This document shows positions 32,889 through 46,905 of a stretch of DNA of 64,000 bases, one piece after another. How positions within the stretch are numbered: position 1 is the stretch's first letter; the number at the start of each line of letters is the position of its first letter. The notes beneath the pieces are model-generated. The model did no database searches and was not told the origin of the DNA. It saw nothing but the letters and a program-made list of their open reading frames with translations. Made by a program: the position numbers and the translations under genes. The DNA is from Marsupella aquatica. Lineage: Eukaryota > Plantae > Marchantiophyta. The stretch lies in contig OZ316891.1 of NCBI GenBank assembly GCA_973895155.1, forward strand, positions 981,224-1,045,223. The letters are read 5' to 3'.

Positions 32889-35288
32889 TCTGCAGGGGCC
32901 TGCTATAGTCATAATCTGCTCTCCTGAAAAGTCTAGCCGGTAACCTCTTTCCGGGCAGGAGTTACATACGCTAGTGCAGGTCTGGGCTGGGGTTATAGAA
33001 TTTAACCTGCTCCCGGAATATTCAAAGGCGCTTTCGGGCTACCTGTGGTCAACTTCTTTTCATAGTTTTCATAGTCCGGAGGCAAGGTTACAGCCTAGTC
33101 ACCCTGCCCACACCTACATTACCCTATACATAGCGCTTGTGGGTTACAGAGTAAAATATTCCGTGAGCGAAGAGGATTCGTGGGAAGCCAGTGACTCCGT
33201 GACACCATGGTCTCCTTCTTTCTGGGCTTCTTATCACTACAGGCCTGCAAGTCCACCTGTTGTCGACTCGACCGGCAGCGAGGGTTGTTGCAAAATCCAC
33301 TTGCTCACTCGACCGGCAGTGAAGATTGCTGCACTGGACAGAGTTTGAATCAAGGTCTGGATCAGTCTCCTTTGCTGGATGTGTGGATCGAACCATTCGA
33401 CGAGGGTTTCACACAATTGCCTGAAATTTGACATTTCGGCTGGCTTGCAGATCAGTCTGGGAGCTTACAAAATGAGGTACGTTACATGTCCATAACCATT
33501 TGACCACGCTCAACAGAGTGGACGATGATACTGATTGAGGATGTTACATATCCCTTGTTGTGCTTTTGGCAAAGCTCTCCTTCTTCGAAGTATGTTGACC
33601 GGTTTTTGGCTTCATTGCTTCGTTCGAGATATCCATGGTACTGAAGAAGGGATAAGATGTTCATGAGTGATTTTTGTTCGGAATGCTGCCACTAGCTTTG
33701 ATTCACTGAGGTACATTCCTGTTTTCATGGCTTTTGCTTGAATTTATGACACTGGCCATTACTCATCGACTGCCTTCAACGCAACTGACATTTCATAGAT
33801 TGATGGCACTGGAATCCACGCAGGATCGCCGACTGATCGAGGAAGTGCCCTTGAAGTTCCCTTTCAACTTGATAGCTTGGTTCTACTAACTGTGCAACGG
33901 AAGGGTACTTCCATGCCGCAGTCACTTCGGGATCGACTACTGAGGAAGCTCGAAGTGTCAGTTAACAAGCTCGGGCTAGCTGCAAGAGAAGAGCCATCGG
34001 AAATGCCAGTGGGAAGTTGGCAGCTGCCAAATCGTCGGGCACTACTGCCGTCGGAACCACTGCCGTCGGAACCACTGCTTGAGCATAAGATTCCAAGGTT
34101 TTCATAAACTCCACGCAAGTATTCTCTTGACACCCAATTCATTTTGACATTGCTTCTCGTGATATTTCACTGGATAGTTTTAACATTTTGCTTTTGCTAT
34201 GCAAACGTACTTCAAATCTCTTCGCATCAGTCAATGATGTGTCCCGAACTAGTGCTCACAGAAGTGAGGCCTACTCGTCAATTCGATGAGGCAGTATCGA
34301 ATCGTCCTATTCGTAAGTTTGTCACATTCGCTTGAAGAGAAGCAGATCCGGTCAAAGTGAACGCAGTGAACTGATGTACCTTACTATCAGCTCCAACCTT
34401 TTGTCCCTTAAATCTGTTTCATCTACGGCCTCTAGTTGGACCATGATCTCCGCTTCGCCTGTTTGTAGAGCTTCTCGTTTGTCCTTAGAAAACATATTTT
34501 TGCCACAAGAGTTCAACGTTTCAACGTTAATACTAGGTTCCTCTTATGGGTCTAACAGTCTTTACAAACCCACCGTACTTTAGTTCAGGGGATGGATCTG
34601 TCGTGTTTTCGAAGTTGTCATCGGCACTTCTAGGAATTCAAGACAATAAAAGATCGTATGTACTTCTCTGTTTTTTGGCGAGCGTCGTGAAAGCCTTATT
34701 CCAAATAACCTAATCTACCGCCCTATATATTGCTTTCCTTCTCAGGATCTTGGGTGGCTCTGTGATGAGAACCAGCAGACATCAGCCGCTTCTCTTACCC
34801 TGCCGGTTGGTTTCTTCTTCCAAAGTTACTATCGTTTACAGAGTATAAACTTTAACTAAATTTGTATTATAATTTAGGTTTAAACCTGCCTCGATAATTA
34901 TTGACTAAAGAGTAAGCCAATTAATTTTTGACTTGTTATTCTCTCTTTCTTTCTCTGTGATTGTTAAATTTGACACTGTAAATGGTAGATTTCAGACAGA
35001 TTCTTCAACACTTCTTAAGTTTAGGGCGTTGTTTCGGACACCCGTCACCAGTTTTTTTGTTTTCATGCCTTTGACAGATGAGCTACAGTAGCTAGAAGCT
35101 TGTGAACGGTGTTTGGATGGAGTCCATCTTCGAAAATCAGCAACAGGTATGCAAGGGGTAGATCGTTGATTCCCTTGGCCAGTTCGGAATTATGTGTCGT
35201 TTCCTCAGTTGCTCTGCAGGAGTACTCTCCAAGGAGGCAGAGTAGATAGAAGACACGAGGAAAGTTCCGTTCCAGGACTGTGGCGGAA

Positions 35289-36320
35289 ATGGAAACCAAT
35301 CCGTTTGCCATGGGGAAGGCGAGAATAGAACTTCTGCAGATCAAATCCGATGTGAATGAAATAATCGATAAGAGAATTCATTCTATCGAGACTGCTAACC
35401 GTGAAGAGAGGATGGCACTAAAAGCTCAGGTTGCAGAGGAAAAGGAACTACGAAGGTCTTCTGAAACTGCATTGCGAAATCAGATAACCTTACTGGAAAA
35501 GGAGCGAAACGTTGTTTTAGTTGATGTACAGATCAAGACGAGGGAATTAGATTCTATGAGAATTATGCAGAAGAAAGCTGAAGATGAGCAAAGGAAAAGA
35601 GATCAAGATTTCGCAGAGATGAGGAACTTATGGCAAGCGGATAAGCAGAAGCTAATTGCAGAACAAGGTGCATTGAAGGCGGAGATGGATGCTAATCTGT
35701 TGTCATTGACTAGCAAAATTAGCGGGCTGCAAACTGAACTCGAGGCATCAAGGGCCACAACGGAAAAATACTTAACTTGGTGGTATGAGTCTAGAACGGA
35801 AGAAATCAAACTACGGCAGCTAAAGCCGGAACTACGAGCACAGAAGGCCAAAATCAGACAAGCGGAAGTCAAACTACGAGCAGAGAAGAAGCGTCGGGAA
35901 GTTTCTCAAGTCGAACTACGAAGGGAGATCAACATAAAGCTAGAAGATCTAAACAAGCGTGTACTAACTGCCGTCTCATCGATAGTCAAAATACGAGATA
36001 AGAGAAACGAACTGCAAGAAGCAAACGAAGATCTAGGAGCTGCCCAAGATAAACTACTGAAGGAGAACAAAAGACTCCGAGACGAGAAGAAGAACCTGGC
36101 AGCTGCTCATGAGACTGCGATCCAAAACATTGTACAAGAAGAAAGAGAGAAAAGCATGTGCCAGATCTGTCTGGACTCTCCAAGAGATACCATCTGTCTG
36201 CCTTGTGCACATTTCAATTATTGTTTCACCTGCCTCTCAAAACATAGACGGCGAAGTAGAACTTGTCCTACTTGCCGAATTGTGCTCAGTGGCATACTTA
36301 AATCCGACATTACTTCATAG
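35289..36320 (+). CDS. Coiled-coil protein with C-terminal RING-HC (C3HC4, XIAP/BOI-type), putative E3 ubiquitin ligase
   Basis: Long E/K/R/L-rich heptad region, then CQICLDSPRDTICLPCAHFNYCFTCLSKHRRRSRTCPTCR; single coding exon. Confidence 0.88.
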   Translation: METNPFAMGKARIELLQIKSDVNEIIDKRIHSIETANREERMALKAQVAEEKELRRSSETALRNQITLLEKERNVVLVDVQIKTRELDSMRIMQKKAEDEQRKRDQDFAEMRNLWQADKQKLIAEQGALKAEMDANLLSLTSKISGLQTELEASRATTEKYLTWWYESRTEEIKLRQLKPELRAQKAKIRQAEVKLRAEKKRREVSQVELRREINIKLEDLNKRVLTAVSSIVKIRDKRNELQEANEDLGAAQDKLLKENKRLRDEKKNLAAAHETAIQNIVQEEREKSMCQICLDSPRDTICLPCAHFNYCFTCLSKHRRRSRTCPTCRIVLSGILKSDITS

Positions 36321-36438
36321 TCGGGGCCTTGCAATCTTTTTCGATCTGATGACCCATCGGGACAAGGGGATTGTCATCATGGATATGGTTTTAGAGCTAG
36401 ATGGGAAGCTTAAAAGTAGTGCTCTCAGTTCGAGTGAA

Positions 36439-36587
36439 TGCCAATATCTACATCAATACCACTTGAGCCTCTTCGCAATACTTTCTCTTTGCTGTAAAGT
36501 AATTACACTCTTTGCCAATATCTACATCAATACCACTTGAGCCTCTTCGCAATACTTTCTCTTTGCTGTAAAGTAATTACACTCTTT
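36439..36587. repeat. Tandem duplication of a 74-bp unit in the RING gene 3' region
   Basis: tgccaatatctacatcaataccacttgagcc...aattacactctt occurs twice. Confidence 0.9.
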
Positions 36588-38834
36588 CTGCATTCTCAGA
36601 CATCATCTCAGATACGCTCAGTTTATGATTCGAATTCCTGTTTCTCAATATATAACGATCTTGGCTGTGCTTAGACGCATAGTACATCAGTGGGTGCAGC
36701 GAGTCATTTTTGCCACCCGATCTAGGTCTAAAACATTCCTAAATCTAAATGCCGTGCATTATGACAAGAATAAAGACGTAATTGGGATCCGAAGAGCCTT
36801 ATAGTGCAAGCACTCCAGCCAAGCGTGTTCTCGAAGATTTCTCTTCCGAGCAGAACAGGGCTCGACAACTTCCTAGCTAGAAGCTAGAAGTATTCTTTTA
36901 CTACCTTAGTTCAGGGTTTCTCCCACCAGCACGTTACTTGGTGGACCACAAGCTACCCTGCTTTGCCATGAAAACATAACATGCCTTAGTAGACTCTCAC
37001 TAATATGATTGCGAGCCTCAGGCATGTAGCTCTCTAAGAGCCGGCAGGGTAAATCTTTGCAAAACAAGACTTTTACGTTCATTCATTGAACATGGTGGAT
37101 TGCATTTGGCCACACTTAAGGAGATAAAATCAAAGAAATTGTTGGGCATACTGGCAGAACCATAATGACAAATTCCGGAGGACGAGTTGATCCATCTTGA
37201 GACGACTCGTGAATTGGAAGTGGGAACTTGGGTCGGATTACCAGTTGGATACTGGTGAAAAACCAACAGGTGTTAATTTAGCACGATTAGAATTGAGCAA
37301 AGTGGAATTCCTTTGTGGTACTTACAGTCCGTTCTAATATATAACTCAGGAAATTCTCGTCAACTTTGTGGAAGAAATCTCTCCTCCTTCTGGTCCAGTC
37401 AGTTGTAATGATGTAACAGTGCATTAATTTTTTTTTGAGATTTTGGTGGAGGTTTATTCAGTTAGAAAAGAAGCATAATTAGCAACTCCCTGCACTTTGG
37501 ACTCATCTTTGATAATGCTCAGGTCAGATACGTGGGGTTTCTGTCCTTTGTTACGACTATAGAGTTTTAACTGCCGTAGCCAGTTCAGGGTTCTTCTGGG
37601 AAATATAGCATGTTCATCTTCGAACATGTTTTTTTTTTGGTGTTATAGTGATACCTAATTCATTTGATTTCTTTTCCAATAAAAGAAATAGGTACATGCA
37701 AAATGTATACCAAAAAATTAATATCTGTTAATTAAGAAAAAATACACATGCAAAGGAAAAACACATTATGACCAAGTACAAAGAATACTAAAGAGTTCTG
37801 TATATATAATACAGATTTTCATTTGCTTCTAGGTAATGATAACCAATTCAATTAAAATCATAAATTTTATAAAAAATAAAAAAAACCAGGAAGAGAACTT
37901 AGTACACCAAATGTAGGTAATGACAATTAATTCAATTAAAATTATAAATTTTATAAAACAATCAGGAACGGAATGTACATTGTTTTAATTCATTTTTTTC
38001 ACTCATTAGTGAAAAAGATAATTTAGTAAGGAGTGATTGAAAAAATTTATGAGGAGAACCAAATACTTTAAAATATTTTAAGTTCTCTAAAATTAAAAAA
38101 GGTACTAAAACTAAAAGAGGTCCAAAAATTGGTTAAAAATAAAATTAATACAAATGGTTCACTTATTTTAAGTATATTAAAATAAAAATACTGAACACAA
38201 TATTTAAACAAAACAAAATCTGAAAGATTCACCATAAAGCACCTTCAAAAGTTAACTACCGTAGCTAGTTCAGGGTCATCCAGGGAAACTATGGCCACGA
38301 GACCGGGGCCCTGTTCAAGAAAAGTCTGAAGCTTGCCCAAAGGAATGCAAGTACGGCTTAATTTACTATAGACTGGGAACTTCAATACAGAGTGGAGCTA
38401 TTTTCAGGTATTTGAGATTGTGAAATAAAGAAATATCAAATGTAAAGAACCCACAAACTTCACAGGCACGCAAATTAAGGGCACGAACATTCACTTTTGA
38501 AATAGCACATGCAAAGAGTCCAATACTGCACAGGCACACAAATTTAGGGCACGAACAAAATTTCACTTTTGATCTCAAAATTCGCGCGCAGTAGTGATGC
38601 CAACATTTGCAGATTGTGTATAGCGCTTCTACTAAGAAGACGTCACGCAACACTGAGCCTGAGGAGAATCAAAACCTCATGTCCTGGCCGTGCTAAGTAT
38701 ATAGGAAATCTACATTGCTAAACGACATCCACAGTTTTAATCAGTATCTAGACGCAGTCCACCAAGCTGTATGTTAAACCGTGAGAAAAACGATGAGGCT
38801 TCATTAATTGACCCGTGATAAGACGATTTCACCC

Positions 38835-41629
38835 CTAGAGTAACTTCTGAAGGACAGCTTTGCATTGTTTTAGTGTGTCGACCCGTTTTTGCAATGTCAA
38901 TCTTTTATGAAGGGTGGCAGGATTCTCCTCCATGAAGGTGGACAAGTCCTGCCCCACCTTCGCTTTCAACATGGCCTCGCGAAGGCTCTTCAGAAGAGCA
39001 TTTTCCAAAGAATATCGCAACTCCAACGGAATTTCGTCAGCCATTCTTTTGTGCACTACTTTGCAGTAGGCTGCCAAATTCACTTTCATGTCAAAGGCTG
39101 ATCGGTAATCGTTTGACCTATTCTGAGTCTCGCGCAAACTGAAGAGTTCCTTGAACCCTTCGAGCTGGACGTCGCGAACTGAACTGCTTCCAGATTGGTA
39201 CTGGATCAAGTGCTCTCTAATCTTCTGAACGTTCGCCATGTAACAATCATTGATTGTGAAAACATTGGATCTCTCTTTCTCGAGGACACAGCGAACATAC
39301 TTCATGCACTTCCTAAGACAGACGGCAAGGACGTTATCGGCTTCCTGCACACGTGGAATCAATAAACCATCAGGTGAAGAGTAAACCGGACGGAGTAATT
39401 ACATGTCAGTCGACGAAACCAAGCAAAGGAATTATAATGTGATTGAAAAGCCTCACTTGTTTGTATGCTATGTGCAAATTCGGAAACACGTGTGTCGATT
39501 TCTCAATGATAGTGAAAACAAAATTCCGAGCGAATTCATGTGACTCGGCCACGAGATCGGTGCACGCCTCTGAGACCTTATCTATTTCCTGGCTCACAAG
39601 GGTTTTCATCAGTACGGGAGACAGAAAGTTGGGCAATGTCAACCCTCGCATCTCGTTCAGACGCAGCAAAATTTCCTCTGTTCTAGCCGGAGGAAGAATT
39701 TGCCCCACAACGTTACTCAGCTTCTTGTTGAATGCCTGAAACATCTCGTCTAGTCGGGCAGGGTAGTGCATTTTTTTCTTATCCGAAACTTTATCGTAGT
39801 TCCCTTTCAACAGTAAGTCTTCCATCGTCGTTTTGATCTCGTCGACTATGTTCAAGAACAGGACTGTCGAATCCACATTGCCTGAAATACCCTGCGGGAG
39901 TGCATCCAGCTCCTTCCTCCGCTCTAACAAGGCCTTTTCAACCTGCTGCTGTATACCTGCGCACAAGAATTCGCTCACGGAATGATTATCGAGCTAGCCA
40001 CCAGAAATATTCTGCACATGTGGCGGCCCAACTTTTAGCAGCGACCTTTGAGGATAACTTCCGCATCTAGACTTGAGTAGCAACAAACTGAAGAGGATAC
40101 AGGTGTATGCATTACCTGGCAAACTCGTACGAATTATATTTGCTTGAATCTGAGTCAAGCGTTCTGCCAAAGATGGGATCCCCACTGAGTTTTTGTCAAG
40201 TCGGGAAAGCGAAGAGTGTCCCCGGAACAGCTTTCTCTCCTCTTCACGTGCTTCCTCATGTGAACCATCACCTGTTCGGTTCCTGCAGCGAAATTTCAGA
40301 CGCCGAAACTAGTTCAGATGTCAATCACAAGACGGAGACTTCGTACATGTGCCCGAAGAGACCAGAGTCGTGCAGGTTCGTGAAAGTATCGAAGCGTGGG
40401 ACATATATACATACAACCCATGTAGGACAGTACGTTAGCTTCAATATAATCCGACAAATAACTCTAAGAAGCCGGTATCAGAGAATTTTACCTCACACAA
40501 ATATAACCCAAGCCTATGTTAACATCATCGGCCGTCACCTTGTCGTAAACGTCATCAGAAGCTCTGTCCACTTTGGTTACCACTGCCAAAGTTCTCTCCC
40601 CGTTCTTATCTTCCTCTTGCGACATCCGGATGGATTCGCATGTAGAGAAGTCAACAGTTGCCGATAGGACATTGAGTATCACAGTTTCTTTGGGTTTCAA
40701 ATAGTGCTGAATCATTGCTTTGATCTGTTCATATATATCGGCTGGCTGGCCGTGGACGGGTACTCGGGTGATACCTGCAGATTGTAACATCCCACATCGT
40801 GCGATTTAATTTTGGATTAGTTGCTTTAGTTGTGAAAGGAGTTTCCCCTCGTAATTTGCACAATCTGCACGAACTCTCGAAAACGCTATCGTAGAAGGCC
40901 GCATATATACTTAAGACGGCAATTTGAGCATCCGGTTGAAGTCGATTCAAACTTACACGAGAAATTACGCTTGTGAAAAGATTATTGCCGATTGAGATAT
41001 CCGTAGCTGTCGATGTCACTAGATTTCTTATCGTTTTGAAGTGGAGGAGATATTTAGCAGATCTATAGCTAGCGAGGTATATACATCGACTCCTACTATC
41101 AATACGAGAGTTGAACAGACACGAGATTTGGAGCAACCATCTGAGTAAGTAAACTGACGCGAGACTTTGAGAAGCAATCTGAGTAAGTAGATTGACCTGG
41201 CAGATCAATCATTGTAAGATCGGGCGCGTTAGGCCTTCGGATGTGCAACGAAATTACTGCGTCCGTTACGACACCTTTCCCAGTGCCTGCCAGGACATCT
41301 GTCGCGGCATTTACCTGCGACGCTATCTCCTCCTCTGTGATTGTCAGTTGCTTATCCTTGTATGAGATTGTTATCGCACTTTCTTCGGAGCCACGGCAGC
41401 TCTGCAGCCGTAATATCAGAGGGACTCTTGTGGCGATGCCCTGTCCACGCGGTAAACTGATCGTCGCCAGCGACTCTAAGACAGACGACTTTCCACTCGA
41501 TTGGTCCCCAACAACTACTATGCTGGGCAGAGGAATACCCTCGTCAGTGACCTTCAGAGTACGGAGCATATCCACAGCATCCAGGAGAGGACGAATGTTC
41601 TTGTTGAATTTCTCTTCCAGACCCGTCAT
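38835..41629 (-). CDS. Dynamin-related GTPase, Mx-like (DRP4-type), copy A, ~630 aa
   Basis: Exons 41629-41197, 40774-40492, 40282-40116, 39956-39457, 39344-38835 (1893 nt, in frame). G1 GDQSSGKSS, G2 ATRVP, G3 DLPG, G4 TKVD; stalk LPNF; GED AYCKVVHKRMADEIP. Confidence 0.95.
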
Positions 41630-43060
41630 GTTGCTGGCTGGACCCGACGATGGAGAAATTAAGTAAGTAAGCTGTAGCCTGACGATGAGGGTTTTACCAC
41701 TCGAAATAAGGCAAACTGAGAATGCTTCAAAGGAAAATGGAAGGATAAGATCCTCGCATTCAGATCAACTGTGCCGCATTAACAATTGACAACGCAAGGA
41801 ACGCTCAAGTGCTTTGTTCAGATAGATGTCGTCTGTCTGGCTATCATCGCAATGTTCGCAACTAGCGTCAGGATGACCTGAGCAATTGATGGCAGGTTGC
41901 TTTCTAATACTGCACAGCGTAGTGGGAACAACGGTAAGAAGGAACTCTTCTGCAGGCATGCAAATAGATCATGCAAAGTGAGAATAGGCATCTGACTGTC
42001 AGCTATTTATCTTAGCCCTCATAACAGCCAGCCAAAGCATGTAGGGAGGCTGTGTTACACGCTCAAGTGGGCGAGACAGAGTGATAAGTTGAGTGTTGCT
42101 ACGATGATGATAAGGTAGGAAGACGATAATTGCGAGCGTGAAATTGTACCACTAAGAGTGAATCATACCATTAAAGGAGAAATTGATCTTTCGTTAATTA
42201 CGTCGACATCAGGGCTCGCATCAGGGTTGGCCACTGGCCAAGGAATGGATCCGCTATCAATTCATACTGTTGGTATCCAAGAGCTGTTAAGAATGATGGC
42301 GGCTCTGTACTCGCAGATATCTGGCTTGGACGGGTAGCTACACGCTGGGAGAATGAGCTGTATTGCAGCTGGTTGGCGTGCCGGTTGTCGATCTCCTTCC
42401 ATTTTCCTCCTTCCATTTTCTGTGTAGTATATCATTCTTTGGTTAGCAGATATTTCTACGGAGGATTCTTGATGTTCTACTCGCGAGTCGAGGGCGTCCT
42501 AAGCGCTGAAGGGTGGATCTTTATCGATCTAAAATTTTATTTCCAGAAGTGAAATCAATCCTGTACGTACAGTACACCGGGTTTCTCGTTCTTCTGAGCC
42601 CGATTGTGTAAAACGTCTTCAAGATTCAAATTCCCATATGCGCTTCCTACATTGAAAGTAGGAACTACTGGCCCTGCCATGCAGCGTGAAGACGTATTTC
42701 CATAGTAAAGGCGAACGACACGTACTGTGCAATATCATGCACCAGTACATGTCTACTGCTGCCTAGCTACTGGATTCTTCAATCAGCTTTTATTGGGAGA
42801 TCTAGCCAGAATCAAACGTGCAGTTTTAGTGCATTTTGCGATGAAGTTTTCGCCCAGCGGCCAAAGTACTCTTGCATGCAGAAATTATGTCGATTAAGTG
42901 ATTGAGTGCAGCATCCCCTTGGTCTCTGAGTCCACCGTCCTTATGTGCCGCAGGAGCTTCTCTCCTTTATTGATCTATTGAATGTAACTACGGAAGATAT
43001 TTCTTGGATCTTCAAAGAGCTTAATTTCATCCGTGAATTAGGACTTACTTATATTATTTT

Positions 43061-43280
43061 GAAGAGTCTCGCAGCTGCTCATGAGACTGCGATCCAAAAC
43101 ACTCATGTGCCAGATCTGTCTGGATTCTTCAAGAGATATCATATGTTTGCCTTGTGCATATTTCAATTATTGTTTCACCTGCCTATCAAAACATAGACGG
43201 CGAAGAAGAACTTGCATTGCCCTACTTGCCGAATTGTGCTCACTCATAGACTTAAATCCGACATTTCTTCATAGTCGAGG
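43061..43280 (+). pseudogene. 5'-truncated, frameshifted copy of the RING gene C-terminus
   Basis: gcagctgctcatgagactgcgatccaaaaca..catgtgccagatctgtctgga matches ~36090-36320 with a ~23-nt deletion and other indels; 3' homology continues to ~43680. Confidence 0.88.
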
Positions 43281-44127
43281 CCTTGCAATCATTTTGATTT
43301 GGTGTCCCGTTGAGACAATAGGATTGTTGTCATCGATATGGTTTTGAACCTCATTTGCTCCCATTTGAAGTTTGGGGATGGGAAGCTTCGTAAAAGTGCT
43401 CTCAGCTCGTGCAAATACCATTCGGTCAATACCACTTGAGCCTGTTACCTAAGTTCGCTGCTGTATTTTAATTAGTTTCTTTCGCATTGTCACTCAGACA
43501 TCTTATCAGATACACTCATTCTATGTCTCGAATCCTATATTTCAAATATAACGACCTTGGCTTTGGTTAGAGGCACTTTTTATCTTGTGTTTAGTGAAGT
43601 ATCGTTGCCACCCGATCTACAGTAGGTATATACAGTAAAACACAATCCTTATAAGAGTCTAAATGCCTTGCTTAAACCACAATTCGTAATATAAGTACTC
43701 CGGGGCACCCGGAGTACTCACTGAAGAAACTCGACGTTCACGAGTGCGGACGAGTGCCCATCGGTAGTCCTCCGATCAGCCTTCACCATAATCTCATCCG
43801 CCCATGAAACTCAGCGATCTAGGCTCATTTTGAAGATCTCGCTGAGATCTACGTCCCAGAAAACTCCGCATTAGAAAATGATGAAAAATGAATGAGAAAA
43901 TAGTGAATAACAAACGGGGGCTTCTGATTGGGTGGGGAAGTAAATTTGAAATTCAAATTTACGGGCAGGCCGGGCAGGGGACACCTGGCCTTATAAAGTG
44001 TCGGGTGCCAGGGAAGAAGGCAAGGTGCGGTGACAACACGGGCGCTGCCGAGAGAACAGGGAATGGTCAGGGCTGAGGCGCAGCCTGTTAGTTCATTTAC
44101 AGTTGAGGTATCTTCTCATTCCAAGAT

Positions 44128-44199
44128 TTTCCTTAGCTTGATGGTTCATACCCCTGCCTCCCACCCAGGAGGTCCTGAGTTTGAATCTCCACAGTGCAC
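44128..44199 (+). other. Degenerate tRNA-like sequence (tRNA-Gly-like; SINE head or tRNA pseudogene)
   Basis: A-box-like tagcttgatgg, anticodon-arm-like cctgc-ctcccac-ccagg and B-box-like gagtttgaatc; the acceptor stem does not pair. Confidence 0.3.
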
Positions 44200-46269
44200 G
44201 TGGCTGTATCTTTTGGGGAAGTCTACTGTGTGGGGTCAAAAATGTGGCGGCCAGAGCATGGGATTAGGGTTTCTATTCCAGCCAAGGTGATTGGATGTGT
44301 GGGGGGGAGGGGGAAGCGCAGAGCATGAGGGAGCAGAGCAGGAGGGAGCAGGAGGTCTTAGTAGGGAGGGTGGAAAGTGTTGGGGTGTCATATTTCACAT
44401 GTTCACTCCAAGAGGTCTAGTGCTCCTTCCTTTTCGTCCCTCTCCATTTTTTGACTTTGCATTGTTTTGTAGAATTTTGTATTTGTTTGCTGGGTTGGGC
44501 TTGGCATCCGGTCTCCAGTTTTCATATGTGAAACACAATCCTTATAAGAGTATAAAGTGGATGAACTTCAGACGAGCTAAGAGCCGAGCTACGAGCCTTA
44601 AAGTGAACAGGCGTGTTCCCACGGGAGGATTTCTAATTATGAACAAGAACCTTGAGCATGCAATTGATACTCCTCGTCAGTAGCATCTTTATTGCAATGG
44701 GAGGCTCATCAACAAACTTCCAACACACTAACTTCCAAACACTACCGCGGGTTAAAGTTGCCCCACTTTCCTGGGCCCCATACACTCTCAGTCCCTGTGC
44801 CCAATGTTCCTGCCCCATTCCTACCCAATTTGTCAAAACATAAACCAATACTTTACCATTTTGTCACCCGTTTCAGCCCAATCACTTTTGTGTCATTGAA
44901 TTGACTTCCGGCCTGCTCCAGTCTCACCTACTTGGTGCCATTAACTTATTCCTTCTAGAATTGTGGTTTATGTTCTGGCTAGTGACATTTCTTTCCAATA
45001 GACTCATGTTTATTTTATAATAAAGTCTAAGTGTTGGAGAGCCTAGTAATCTGGGTAAGAGTCAAGATTGATAGAGTCTTGGTTAATGTTTTGCCAAATG
45101 TTTCCTCTCTATGGAAGGGTGGTTTGTGTTCTTGGTTTATGTTCTACCACCCTTGGGTCAGAGTGGGCAGCAGCATTGGGGACTTGGGCCACAGCAAGCA
45201 ACAACAAGTGCAGGGGTGCCAGAACATAAACCTGAATTCGTGACACAAATTTGATCGGGCTTGAGTGGATGACAAATTTTTTAGAGTGTTGGTTTATGTT
45301 TTGGCAAACTCGGGCCAGAGCGGGATTGTGATGAGCAATGTACGGGTTAGCTTTAATCATGTCAATTGTCACGGGTGTAAGTAGTTGAATTCACCATGCG
45401 TCAGTTTTTGAAGTGTTGTGACTCTAGCTACTTAAATTCTGTCGAAAGAAGTTCAAGTCTCTTTGTATTTGAATCTCCTAACTTTGTCTGCGGAGATGGG
45501 AGGTATAGTTAAAAAATCATCTCTCCCTCCCTCTCTGGTATGATTTTGAGTTCTGTCACTTCTCTTCACGAAGAATACGAGAGAATAGAAGAAGACAATT
45601 TGTACACCAACTTCTCTTGACATGTAGTCTCAATCAACTGATGTGTGTAAAATAATGTTTTGTTCGCTCTATTGAGAACGATCACAGGTTATATTCGGGC
45701 CTTAGCTTAGTTTATGCTTGTTCTAAAAGCTCACACATCTTTACATTCTAGTTTTTCCTTCCAAGAGTGATCACATGGCATTATTGCTACACGATTCCAG
45801 TCAAGCTATTCCCAAGCTGGATGGCAATGCCAACTAAGATGCATCGCAACTTCTTGTTTTTGCAAGCCTTTCATCGACTGGCGGTTGGGAGTTCTTAAAC
45901 GGCACTAGAGTTCCACCTACATGCAAAGCCGAGGAAAAGGCATGCAATACTCGTAGACCAGGATGACAATGAAATACAGTCACTGTGCAGCAGTTTCAGC
46001 AATAGTTCAAGGGTAGCAATCATGATTGTTCAGGCATCTACCCCTGCTCCATTGCCATTTTCTCCTTCATTTTGTTGATCTTTTCAATTTTGTTCAATTC
46101 TCTTTTCAAGCGCACCCTGAGGAGGGTCCAGTGAGTGACATTTCAACACGGATTCCTGATTCAGGAAGCTAATCACCATTTTTGACATACTAAGGCAGAT
46201 CCTGTGAGAAAAATCTTGACACAGATTGTTGACTCACGCGCTAATCACAATTCTGTGCAACAACAAATC

Positions 46270-46600
46270 ATTTTTCCGAATTACGTTATGGATCCGTTGT
46301 CCATCATACTGGAGCGGGCCCAACCATCTCACCGGGATATATACGGGCAAGTCAATTTGCGATTATAGCACAGTGATTGCGATAAATCTTTGTGGTGTTT
46401 GCTATCTGGCTACCAATGTGCTCAATACTATCTCTGAGCATCTTCTAGAGCAACAGGGCATCTATGGACCTATTTGCTGTGAACTTCACCATTCCATAAA
46501 TTGTTTTTGATGTCATGGGCCCTATCTCTACTACTGGTCTTGCCAGTCAGAAATATTTTTGTGCCTAGTTACAGATGACTATTCACAGTTGGGTGGGGTG
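46270..46600 (+). pseudogene. Ty1/copia integrase remnant
   Basis: Frame-broken CGVCYLA...SRAT...DVMGPISTTGLASQKYF.LVTDDYS resembles the copia Zn-finger/integrase start D.WGP......G.KYF..F.DDYSR. Confidence 0.5.
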
Positions 46601-46905
46601 TGTGATAGGATGCTCTGTCTTCTCTCCTGATTGATTCCTATCTGTTGTTAGAGTTTCTTTGGGTACTTGTGTTACTAATGTGAAATGCCGCGTGTGTTAG
46701 TCGCTGCACTTTCCACGTGTCAGTACCTTACAGTTGAAGTGTTTCCATTTTAGCTTTACTCATGTGTAAACTGCCGCGGGTGTAAGTTCAGGGTTTAGGG
46801 TAAGTCATTGATTCACCACACGTCAGTGTTTGAAGTGTTTTCTGCTTTATGTTGAAAGAACTTCACGTCTCTTTGTATTTGAATTATCTCCTTTGTCCGC
46901 GGGGA

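Noticed and set aside
33480-34570. Minus-strand coding-like stretch with several in-frame stops
   Set aside because: It may be a pseudogene, but I recognised no family motif.
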